This document shows, in pieces, positions 53,301-63,384 of a stretch of 64,000 nucleotides of DNA. The stretch's first letter is position 1, and each line of letters starts with the position of its first letter. A program made the translations under genes and the position numbers. The DNA is from Ophelia neglecta (Eukaryota), in contig OZ260664.1 of assembly GCA_965285935.1 (NCBI GenBank), positions 12,586,001 to 12,650,000 of the forward strand, given 5' to 3'. The notes beneath the pieces are model-generated. The model worked only from the letters and a program-made list of their open reading frames with translations. It did no database searches and was not told where the DNA came from.

Positions 53301-56300
53301 TGGTTTCTTCTCAATATACTCAATACCTGGGGTGTACAATGGACGAAAACTTATCATGGGACAAACATTTGTCTGAGCTTTGCACCAAAGTGTCATCAAA
53401 AGTAGCGATCTTAGGCCGATTAAGACATAAAGTGAAACAATCAACACTTGTTCAAGTTTACAACACTATTATTCAACCTCATTTCGATTACTGCATCACC
53501 ATCTGGGGACAATGCACTGAAGCCAACCTTTTGAAAGTGCAGCGATTCCAAAACAGGGCAGCCCGGTTTATAACCAGTAACTTCAGCTGGAACACATCAG
53601 GTACTGCACTAGTTAAATCGCTTGGTCTTCAAACTATTGCCGAGCGTAGAGACTATTTTATGAATATCTTGACATATAAATGCCTCCACAACGCGGCCCC
53701 TCCCACCTTAAGCGACAGATTGACATATGTTGATCAATACCATTCCCGTAATACAAGACAAAGCTCAAACAAGAAACTTGTTGAATTATGCCCCCGTTAC
53801 GAAATAGCCCGCAAATCCTTCGATTATCAAGCTCCCCACTTATGGAATAAATTGCCTGGTGACGTCCGTAAATTGAATACCCTAAACCAGTTTAAAACTG
53901 CATTAAAACAATTGAACGCCAAGAACGATAGTTGTGCATGATCTCATGGCTAATTCAATTATTGGTATAAGTAAATTGCCAAATGGCTCGGTCTTGGAGG
54001 TTTTCATCCTGTATCTTACATCAAAATGGCGTAAAGAATGTATAATAAAGGTTTCCTCCAAGTTGCATGTGATAAGAAAATATTGTATATACTGTAAATA
54101 TTGTAAATACTGGACATATACATACTGTTAATAATACTTTCACGTGTACATTGTAAGCTGGGCCCCTAAGAATAACAGTTGTAAACTGATAGGGCTACCC
54201 AGGGTAAAGAAATTCAATAAATAAATAAATAAATAAATTGTTCATTAGGCATTGGAAGCATTTTTATCGATATATACCTTCACTTTACTGTGGTTTTCGC
54301 CAGTTGAACTTGGAAGAAAGGAAATATGAGGCCAAATGGTTAGACATTTTTTCAAAAATAAACGATGTTCCTGCCGACTTAACATCGCGGTTTTTGGCTT
54401 TTTAGATTCCTGAATTACTATGTCGACCTTTAGAGCTATTCAGAACGTCATGATTATTTGTGATTTTTGTCAAAAGGAGTAATTATGAGAGCTAAAGCCG
54501 TGTTGTTTACCTAATTCCCTCCGTTCATGACACGCGAACCTCCGAATTTTACTTTCGCGCTCGATTTACTCCAGGATTTACGTTCGCGCTTTCCCCCCGG
54601 GAGGAGAAGCCTGTTGTTGTAATCAAAGCATACATGATATTCACCATAACCTAGTATATATGAAAGCTTCTTTCTTTGTGTAGTACATATTTATTTGTTC
54701 TCAATTTGTCTTTGACTAGGACTAGCCTACCTTTCGTTCCCTGTACGAAGACTGCCTCTTTTCCTCGGCGGGCTCTCTGTACTGTTGGTTGTGCGGGCGT
54801 CGCGCTCTGGTGCCCAAAGTCTCGGAAGTCAAATCCCTGAGACTGGTCACCAGAGAGAGGCTTCAATTTGTGGCCAACCCTCTTACTGACAGCTAAAATC
54901 ATATAATTTCTTGAATCAACTCACAGAAATACCTTTGAGCGTTTGGATTTTTCTCCGAACATAGTCAAAAATTGAATTAATGTAAACCAGGCTGCTGGGT
55001 GTTTCCGCTACTGTGTTCAAATATCATTAATACAACAAATTATTGGACTTAGAAATAAGAAATAATATTGTTTATATTATATCAAACTAAATCCATATAA
55101 GCCAGGATAATGGTTTCAAAAGCTATGTATATACGATGTAAGATGTGTGGTGAGGAGAACCGCATTTATGGAATTATAACAAAACGTGATATATAAATAT
55201 ATATATTATACAGTACATGTTAAGTCATGCCCAAAAAAATCATTATTTTCGGGCGAAAAAAAAGTAAAGAATTTTTTTTAGTTTGGAGAGGTGCAAATAT
55301 ATTACATGTTAAACAGAATAAACTATTTCTATCAGTGTAGAGTTCAAGACCACGAACATTTTGTGGCTTCCGGGGAGGGAGGAGACGCAATTCCATTTCC
55401 GGGGACGCTGCCTCGTTTTGGCGACAAGCTGGGTCTCGTTTGGATCTTGGACGGTGGCAGAGCATCTAGTGAGGGAGGGCGATGATAAAAAAATTTAATG
55501 ATAAAGAAAACGTCAGAAAAATAATACAATTATAAAAAAAAAGTGACAACTAGCAGAAATAAAGTTTCATAGTATGGCTATCTAAAAGCAACAACATCAA
55601 CTAACCTGGTGACCTCCCACGATTTACTTACAGCTATTGGAGGGAACCAGTAAAAAAATATGTTTAAACTAATGTTAGGTACAGTGTGTCTCGAAAGCAT
55701 GTCCTTCTGTTATTAAAGGCGTACATTAGTATGTGAAGCCTAATACACAAAGGTTCATTTTTTTAGGCACACTGTATTGTAAAGATTAGCACAAGACTAC
55801 ATACTGTTATTGCGTCGATAAAAAGTTCTTGTATACAACTGATTTATCCTGTGAGTTGTGCGGTTTTGCAGATATTATTTAAAGAACGTGCATATAAACA
55901 TCCGAATTTTCTAAGGAAACTGTTTGGGAATATTTTATATAACGTTGGAGGGCAAATTAAATCGTTGTCTAACCTAAGTCAAAACGTAAATTATAAATCT
56001 ATTTTCAACACAACTTCAAGATAAATGAGTGCAAATCAGTGGTTTACACAAAATGTAACTACAGTGAAACCTGTGAATTAAGACCACCAAAGGGACTGGA
56101 AAATCCTGGTCTGATTATGGAGGTGGTCTGTTTATACAGGTTATTTAACATTGAAAGTATAGAGCAATATCCTCATATTAGTGGTCTGATTATAGAGGTG
56201 GTCTCTAAGACAGGGTTCACTGTAATAGGTTTATAAATGCTTATAAACGATCATTATTTCGGCCATAAAATGTGAGTTGGGTTAAAGAATATGAATCGAA

Positions 56301-59300
56301 ACAGGTTTATGCAAAACTGGTTACAAATTATATGCACGAATGACTCCTTTCTATTCATATAGAACGTGTACAATCATGCATGGATTAATCAAAAGAGCTT
56401 TAACAGACTGATTATGTAACATTCTTTATCAATCAATCTGCTCAATCGATATGAATGGCAATTATAGGAAGCAACGCACGAACAAGATTATCCCAGAATG
56501 CAACGGACTTACTTGATCTGCCAGGATTCAAACCACCAAGTTCGGCTGCTCCGAAATTTTGCACGCGAGGAATGGTCAACTGGAACACATGTAAATAAGG
56601 TTTTAGTGCATCATATTATATAACAGTTAATCTCTTGTATAATTAAGCAATTATGATTAAGAACAGAAACAATAGGGTTAGATGATAATACCTTCGAACA
56701 CAATTTCTAACTATTTCATGCACTTTTGTTTCAAAGTTTGTGGTGACAAACTTTATTCTTGACACCAAATAACCTTAATTTTAATTATTTTGCCCCCAAA
56801 CAAGCTTCTTTCTTTTTTCCTAAAGTCGATAAGACCTTTGATCTCGCTGATGTACATGCATGTATAGATCTGTGCATTTCGGCAATGTGCCAACTGACAT
56901 TATGTTAGCAGCAAACTACAGAATATTAGTACACATATCGTGTTTCTGATCAATCTCACGCCGTCTGGTCCGCGATTTAATCTGCCTACATATATAGTCA
57001 CACTACTGACAGACCTGATCAATAAAATAGTGTATTTAGGCAGACAGGTATATTGACACGAGCCGGTTTTGGAATTCTATTAACCTACGGGTATAAGTAA
57101 AAGAAGTAGGCATATACTATACGCTTAAAATGAAAACTTCTATATCGTTTGCTGTTGCGTAAATATTTAAGTGCTGGAATACAGAGGTTATTGGGTGAAC
57201 GTTGCACAAGTTAAATTCTTATTAATATGATTCACAAACAAATTGAAATGTTTACACCAGATCACTGATGTTAGAAAATACATGAATTCAAATTGTGTAT
57301 AACTGAGCGATGGTGAATTAAAATAAAAACTCAGTATAATTAATTATGTCTTTTTTCCACTATATCCTTCTTTATTTTCATTCCTATAGGCGCCTGTCCT
57401 ACACGGACACACTATCTCGTATCGCGCTGTCAGACACGAGATCTCGTATCGCGCTGTCAGACACGAGATCTCGTATCGCGCTGTCAGACACGAGATGTCG
57501 TATCGCGCTCTGTCCGACACGAGATCTCGTATCGCGCTCTGTCCGACACGAGATCTCGTATCGCGCTCTGTCAGACACGAGATCTCGTATCGCGCTCTGT
57601 CAGACACGAGATCTCGTATCGCGCTGTCAGACACTAGATCTCGTATCGCGCTGTCAGACACGAGATCTCGTATCTCGCGCTGTCAGACACGAGATCTCGT
57701 ATCTCGCGCTGTCAGACACAAGATCTCGTATCGCGCTGTCAGACACGAGATCTCGTATCGCGCTGTCAGACACGAGATCTCGTATCGCGCTGTCAGACAC
57801 GAGATCTCGTATCGCGCTGTCAGACACGAGATCTCGTATCGCGCTGTCAGACACGAGATCTCATATCGCGCTGTCAGACACGAGATCTCGTATCGCGCTG
57901 CTGACACGAGATCTCGTATCGCGCTCTGTCAGACACGAGATCTCGTATCGCGCTGTCAGACACGAGATCTCGTATCGCGCTGTCACACACGAGACACACG
58001 AGATCTCGTATCGCGCTGTCAGGCAAAAGATCTCGTATCGCGCTGTCAGACACTGTCACATTGCTAGTGCCCGTGACAAAGTGTTGAGTCAAAAAAGAGT
58101 CCTTGTTGTAGCGTGCATTGGCCCAAACGGGAGCCCTAGGTAAGGCGCTCCTGCTCAATGTTGTAACCCTTGGAGCGGGACCTCACCCTAATAGCTTGGT
58201 AATGGAAGTACCCCCTCCCCTCATCCCTCCCCCGGCTGCAGGACCATGGTGTACCTTTATTGTTTACTTATAACAGTGGCGGATTTAGGGGGTCGGGGCC
58301 CAGGGTGCCTGCCCGCCCCCTTTTTGCCAATAAGTGGGCCCGGACCAGGGCCTATTACTGGACCTACACAATATGCTTTCAAACAGTTGGTAACGGGGAC
58401 AATCCAGACATTTGCCTTGTCAGCATTGAAAAATTTTGCCCCCCCCCTTCCTGAAATCCTGGATCCGCCACTTTATAACCCATCCTTGTGCGTACTATAC
58501 ACGTCTTAGGTATGTGTGCCGCTAGGACTAAACAAAGTAACTAGATTAGGCTATCAAACCTCCTTCAAAACTTGTTAATAACCCGAATGATTGATATATC
58601 ACTTGACGTTTGCCAGATAAAAAGCTCAGCCGCCGTTAGACGTTTAATGTGATCGAGTAATGTTTTAATGATAAAGTGGGTAAAGATCAGGGACGGAGGT
58701 AGGGGTTTGAGGTAGACTAAGGGTGCTCGGTTCTCGGGTATAACGGGGGAGGGTAGCTCCTACCCCCGCCTTCCCTTCGACCCGCCCCACTCCCTGCCCG
58801 ACCCACAACCATCCGACTCGGAATATACCCATTAATCAATCAGTGATGATCGATAATCGATATTTATCTATCAATGGCCTGACCGAGGTAAACAGACGAA
58901 CATGTGAGGCTTTAATCTAACACGTTTAATTTCTCTGAAGGGTGCACTTAGTGTACTCGCATGAAGACTCTAAATTAATTGGACCTAAATTAATTGGAGT
59001 TCTTTCATCGAACCTAATAACATCAAGCAAAATTAAAGAAAAGATTGCAATTTTGTACTTTATATACCTTTTCCAATTATAGACCGTAGCTATAGGGCAT
59101 AGAGCTTATTCATTGTTTACGGTTTTGTTTTTCTGTACCTTTGTTTTAAGACTAAACGTCTTAATACCGAAATGTCTTAAAAGTACAAACCAAAGCAGAC
59201 CGATAGAACAACCAAATTAGGTTTATTTATCGCGTGTTTCTTAAGCCCCGCATATAAAGGTTCTGACGGTCCAGAATAAGGATGGAGGGTGTGTGACGGG

Positions 59301-60254
59301 TGTGTCCCTTAACCCCACGCTCCCCCTCCCCCACCCACCCTCACTTGGTAGAGGGGAAACCCATTCCACTAGTTCGAGACTCCCGTATAGCAACTTGTAG
59401 GCGTGTCCTTACCTCGCTACCCCTCCCACCTCAGGCGGGTCCTGACAACGAGCCGCCCCCTCCCGTCTAAAGTCGGTACTGAACCCCTTGTCTACCCCCT
59501 CCCACCTCAGGCGGTCCTAACCCCCGTGCCTATACCCCCTCCTCACCTCAGACGGTTCTCCCCCCCCCCCCCCTCTGAGCCTCCCCCTCCCGTCTGAGGC
59601 CGGTACTGAAACCCTTGTCTACTCCCTCCCACCTGAGGCGGGTCCTGACCCCCGGTCCTTCCCCTCAGGCGGGTCCTGACCCCTGGTCCTTCCACCCAGG
59701 AGGTCCTGACCCCTTGCCTACCCCTCCCGTCTAAGGCCGGTACTGAACCCCTTGTCTAACCCCTCCCACGTCAGGCGGGTCCTGACCCCCGGTCCTTCCC
59801 CTCAGGAGGTCCTGACCCCCGGTCCTTCCCCTCAGGCGGTCCTGACCCCCGGTCCTTCCCCTCAGGCGGTTCCTGACCCCTGGTCCTTCCCCTCAGGCGG
59901 TCCTGACCCCCGGTCCTTCCCCTCAGGCGGTTCCTGACCCCTGGTCCTTCCACCCAGGCGGTCCTGACCCCCGGTCCTTCCACCCAGGAGGTCCTGACCC
60001 CTTGCCTACCCCTTCCCCTCAGGAGGTCCTGACCCCCGGTCCTTCCCCCCAGGAGGTCCTGACCCCTAGCCTACCCCTTCCCCACAGGAGGTCCTGACCC
60101 CGTTCTGATCACACCCGCCATTGAAATGCCGCTCCGTCTGTTTATCTATGATTATACTCACACAGAATCAGTTCATATTTACCTGTTTTGCTACGGGAGC
60201 GAATGGGAACTCGTCGGAGGTCTTACCCCTTCCTCTAGTTTGCCTGGAATTCAT
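47398..60254 (-). CDS. Predicted N-terminal exons of the same NWD gene: 60254-60183 (ATG), 56579-56513, 55465-55358, 54892-54731, 47934-47775, 47471-47398; Pro/Ser/Lys-rich
   Basis: Six short open exons with AG/GT boundaries whose phases chain exactly (0,1,1,1,2,1) into the core, giving 5895 nt in total (1964 aa + stop). No homology motif supports them; the two most 5' exons are least certain. Confidence 0.65.
47577..47754 (+). mobile_element. MITE family A, copy 4 (intronic)
   Basis: TA|CAGTGAAACCTG ... CAGGTTTCACTG; same internal structure as the other copies. Confidence 0.85.
50050..50560 (-). pseudogene. Decayed transposase-like coding remnant inside the long-TIR element
   Basis: Reads NICFQL/LDTI**Y...FLMVGWVLFGGQLIRFLQG...NFAVPSEISLRR...EPGIL...YVLAIDGKKVAMG*TSKTGDVDMFGFEDSP with stops and a frameshift; motif order resembles the PS..L / PG / L..D region of P-element/THAP9-type transposases. 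Confidence 0.55.
51347..53941 (+). pseudogene. LINE ORF2 (partial APE endonuclease + reverse transcriptase) with one frameshift near 52690
   Basis: Motifs YRPP, LLGDLN, LSDH, PWIT, WKSARVTPIFKK, NYRPIS, FDLQKCFDTIDH, GVPQGSILGPILFLLFINDL, FADD, YLG; the two ORFs join across a 1-nt shift in the A-run at 52685-52690. Confidence 0.9.
51347..54236 (+). mobile_element. 5'-truncated non-LTR retrotransposon (L2/CR1 group LINE)
   Basis: Starts inside the APE endonuclease coding region, carries RT, a 3' UTR stem-loop-like segment and an (AAAT)n tail; interrupts the host TIR at CACATT|...|ATTG with ATT on both sides. Confidence 0.93.
56062..56222 (-). mobile_element. MITE family A, copy 5 (intronic)
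   Basis: TA|CAGTGAAACCTG ... CAGGGTTCACTG|TA. Confidence 0.85.
57409..58053. repeat. 27-bp tandem array ACACGAGATCTCGTATCGCGCTGTCAG (~23 copies, with 29-bp variants)
   Basis: Head-to-tail repeats; each unit holds the perfect 12-bp palindrome ACGAGATCTCGT and four CpGs. Confidence 0.96.
58274..58472. mobile_element. MITE family E (CAGTGGCGGAT TIR, 6-bp TSD TTATAA)
   Basis: TTATAA|CAGTGGCGGAT ... ATCCGCCACT|TTATAA (terminal G missing); related to the copy at 63186. Confidence 0.75.
59420..60100. repeat. C-rich ~30-bp minisatellite (GGTCCTGACCCCCGGTCCTTCCCCTCAGGC), regular from ~59640
   Basis: Repeated GGTCCTGACCCC and CCCCTCAGG motifs, with more divergent units at 59420-59640. Confidence 0.9.
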
Positions 60255-62128
60255 TTCACGAGGTTAGTCTAACTCCTTCGCAAATAATCCTTCTGTAGGC
60301 TTTACCTATGGTATCATGTCTATGTCCGATGACGGAGTTGATCACTTGGCAGACAAGGGCCCATATAGTTGTCACAGCTAATGTTGCCCCCATATATTTC
60401 CTGCATACAAATGATTAAATCCGTTTAATGGTGCACATAAATGCCCATATCTGCTCGGTCAGGCAATGATTGGTCCCTGTTTGGTACTTAAAAGTTCATC
60501 GCGGTTCCTATATATTTCCAGACAGTTGACAAACAAGATAAATTTTAACAACGGCCAAACCCGTTATCATGCATGCCTTAAATTAAGAGCTCTCTCCCCT
60601 GGGCAGCCACAGGGTTTATATCTTATTGCCACGGGGCCTCAAAACATTGGATTATCAAGGCCACACGGCGATCGCCTATCCAGGAGAGAGCTTGACAGCT
60701 GATCGCGTTTGTTTACTAGGTTGCCAAGCGTGGCTTTAAGCTACGGCGGAACAATAATATTATCGATATGCGTTCGTCATACATTCAAGCACTAGGGGGC
60801 GACACCATATTAGATCGATGCATGTTCATGCTATTGTTTACATAAATTTAGTACGCGTAATGTCAACTTAATTCGTTCGATTACGCGTAAGTAGGTACGC
60901 GTAAATAATCAAAACTATTGTTATTGCAAGCATATCATTGCTAGCGAAAAATCACACGTAATAAGGCGTTTTTGTTTGCATAATAGCGAAGATATATTTC
61001 ACACGGATTTCACAACACTTCTGAGGCTTGTTGTGGGGGTCTATGGGTATTTATGTTAGGCTACGTTTTCATATGAGTATCTTGATATCTTTAGAAATAG
61101 GAAGCACACTGACTTTTACCGATATATTTGGTTTGCATTAAGTCTATAGATATTAATTATTTCATGTATGTATATAAAATGTATGTGGGTGTGTGTGATC
61201 ATTTATAGGCCTATCTTAATTTGAGGAGAACAAACACATCAATAACTACATTCAAATCAAGCCTACTTGTAGCACGAAATGGTTAACTCTGACGTATTGT
61301 TTAGGTACATTTAAAATCAAACTAAACCGTTTTAGTTTGAACATTGTTTTTCTTAAATACCATAATTTCATGGAGGCAAACATGCGAGAAATCGTCGTCA
61401 AATATGATACAGCAAATGGACTCCAAAGTAATTTGAAATATATATATCGTATTGTGAAAGTCTCTGTTTTTTGCGATACCAATAACATTGAGATGCGTAA
61501 CTATAAGCTGCTTATATCCCCCCTCTGTAAGTACACCCCTCCCCCCCCCCCCCGTCCCCGCCTCTCCCCTCCCATGTGCACATAACAATGCTAAATTGGC
61601 AATCAAATCCAAGGACTATTTACTCCATTTGACGAGCTATTTTACTGGGTGAGTAGTCTTCTTCTTTAACATTTATTACAATTAAGAACAACTTTTATTA
61701 TCAAAAATTATAATGATTATTCTATAAATAAGTGACAACACCAGATGTCTGCATGAATAGTTTATTCAACTTTCTATTTCCGAACCAATAAAAACTGACA
61801 TGCAAAGCATTTGGCCAAAAACGAGGCTCGCGGGCAACTGCAAAGTTACCTATGACAAAACAGCCTGTTTTTTTTTACAGTATTGTACGATTTGAAACAA
61901 TCATAAACTACACAAAATCTAGAATTAATATGTATGAAAATAAATTCATGAGGCAAAACATACAATGACGTGTTTCTACTACGATATCGGTCAATTTTAG
62001 CACTTACTACATGGCATACGCGACTTCAATTTCAGAATTATAAGCTGTTAAAATGTATCATGTACCAATGCATTGTATATTGCATCATTTTACGCATTAG
62101 ATATTGTAAAAATAAATTGCGAAGCGTA

Positions 62129-62467
62129 AGGAAGCGGTCATTATTTATGGCCGGGGCGAGGGCGGTGAAAAATGAAAAAAAATTGCCCCCCCCCTAAGAA
62201 TGGGTAAAAAAAACTGCCCCCCCCCTAGAATAGGTCACAAAATTTGCCCCCCCCCCCCCCTAAGAATTGGTAAATTTTCGTCCCCCCCCCCCAAGAATTG
62301 CTAATTTTCGTCCCCGCCCCCCAAGAATGGGCAAATTTTCTTCCCCTCCCCCCAAGAATAGGTAAAATAAAATTTTTGCCCCCCCCCTCTAAGAATTGGT
62401 TCATTGCCCCCCCCCCCCCCCCCTGAACCACCACCTCCAACCCGGCCATAAATAATGACCGCTCCCT
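62129..62467. mobile_element. MITE with AGG(A/G)AGCGGTCATTATTTATGGCCGGG TIRs and internal C-tract repeats
   Basis: ~27-bp near-perfect inverted ends; internal AAATT..CCCCCC(T)AAGAAT repeats. Confidence 0.8.
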
Positions 62468-62543
62468 CAAGGCTCCTTGTTGGCAAAGTGTTTCTTCTTT
62501 CGCCCGCGTTGTTGTTTTCAGACGGACACTCCTCTCATTCTAT

Positions 62544-63004
62544 TTACTTGCCTCCTCCTCTATTGCGACGGCTCCGCTCTTTCTTGACGCCAGTGTTGGG
62601 GTCGCAATAGTAGTTTTGCCCGGGTTTAGGATCTTCACAGAACGTCCCACACAGTCGGCCATAGTAGTTCGGAGCGCACTCAATCCAAACCGTGGAATCC
62701 AATCTGACAAAATAAATAAAAGATGAACTGGCAAGTAATAGGAAATAGGAAAACGGAAACCTAAGACGAGCCCGTTAGTAGAAACGCCATTATATTTCCT
62801 TTAAAAAGGTACTTTCATTCATTCTATTCCGTCATAGATCAAATAAACGTGGCTTTAGACTCACTTGGTTCGCCCTTGCAGCACAACGTGAAACTGTCTT
62901 TTTGGATCGGCTGGGAAACGTACATCTGCCTTGAGAAACTCTACGAAATCGTCGGAAAAGGCGTCATCAGCGTCCCAAACCTCGACCATGAACTGGAAAC
63001 TGGA
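62544..63004 (-). CDS. Delta-like (MNNL/C2 + truncated DSL) protein, last two exons 63004-62865 and 62703-62544; 5' exons unresolved or outside the window
   Basis: Strong acceptors (ATTATTTTCAG, TTTATTTTGTCAG), donor GTGAGT, phase-2 join; product SSFQFMVEVWDADDAFSDDFVEFLKADVRFPADPKRQFHVVLQGRTKLDSTVWIECAPNYYGRLCGTFCEDPKPGQNYYCDPNTGVKKERSRRNRGGGK*, matching the DSL pattern C..NYYG..C..FC......Y.CD..G.K. Confidence 0.8.
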
Positions 63005-63185
63005 CTGAAAATAATTTATGAAAGAACGTTAAATTTGTCTGCGAAATATTCGAAAAAGTGGTGGAGAATTATAATATAATTTGACTTAACCTGACCCATA
63101 TATCTAGGCTTGATGATAGCACGAGCATGTAGCCTAGTTTTATTAATCTTTTTTAACTACAAGCGCTTACAAGCTATAATAGTAG

Positions 63186-63384
63186 CAGTGGCGGATCCAG
63201 GATTTCAGGAAGGGAGGGGGCCCAAATTTTCCAAGGCTGACAAGGCAAATGTCTGGATTGTGCCCGTTAGTAACCCTCTAAAACCACCTTGCGTGGGTCA
63301 AGAAATAGGTCCTGGTCCAGGCCCACTTTTTGGCAAGGGGGGGGGGGGAGCTGGCCCCCTGCCCCCCCCCTGAATCCGCCACTG
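63186..63384. mobile_element. MITE family E (CAGTGGCGGAT TIR, 6-bp TSD TAGTAG)
   Basis: TAGTAG|CAGTGGCGGATCCAGG ... TGAATCCGCCACTG|TAGTAG. Confidence 0.85.

Larger units (their letters stand above)
48876..54601. mobile_element. Long-TIR DNA transposon (~525-bp TIRs, 7-bp TSD AGGAGAA), probably P-superfamily-related, non-functional
   Basis: AGGAGAA at 48869-48875 and 54602-54608; left arm 48876 to ~49400 is the reverse complement of ~51185-51346 joined to 54240-54601; ends CACGGGGGG / CCCCCCGGG. Confidence 0.88.

Noticed and set aside
57344-58158. Arg/Ser-rich repetitive ORFs
   Set aside because: Translations of the 27-bp array.
55465-62552. DSL-NWD fusion via the GC donor at 62551 joined in phase 1 to exon 55465
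   Set aside because: Formally in frame, but the NWD gene has its own phase-compatible ATG exon, poly(A) signals lie between the genes, and an extracellular domain joined to a cytosolic NTPase with no TM helix is implausible.
62540-63079. Track ORFs 62540-62734 (-) and 62849-63079 (+)
   Set aside because: Alternative-frame and antisense shadows of the Delta-like exons.
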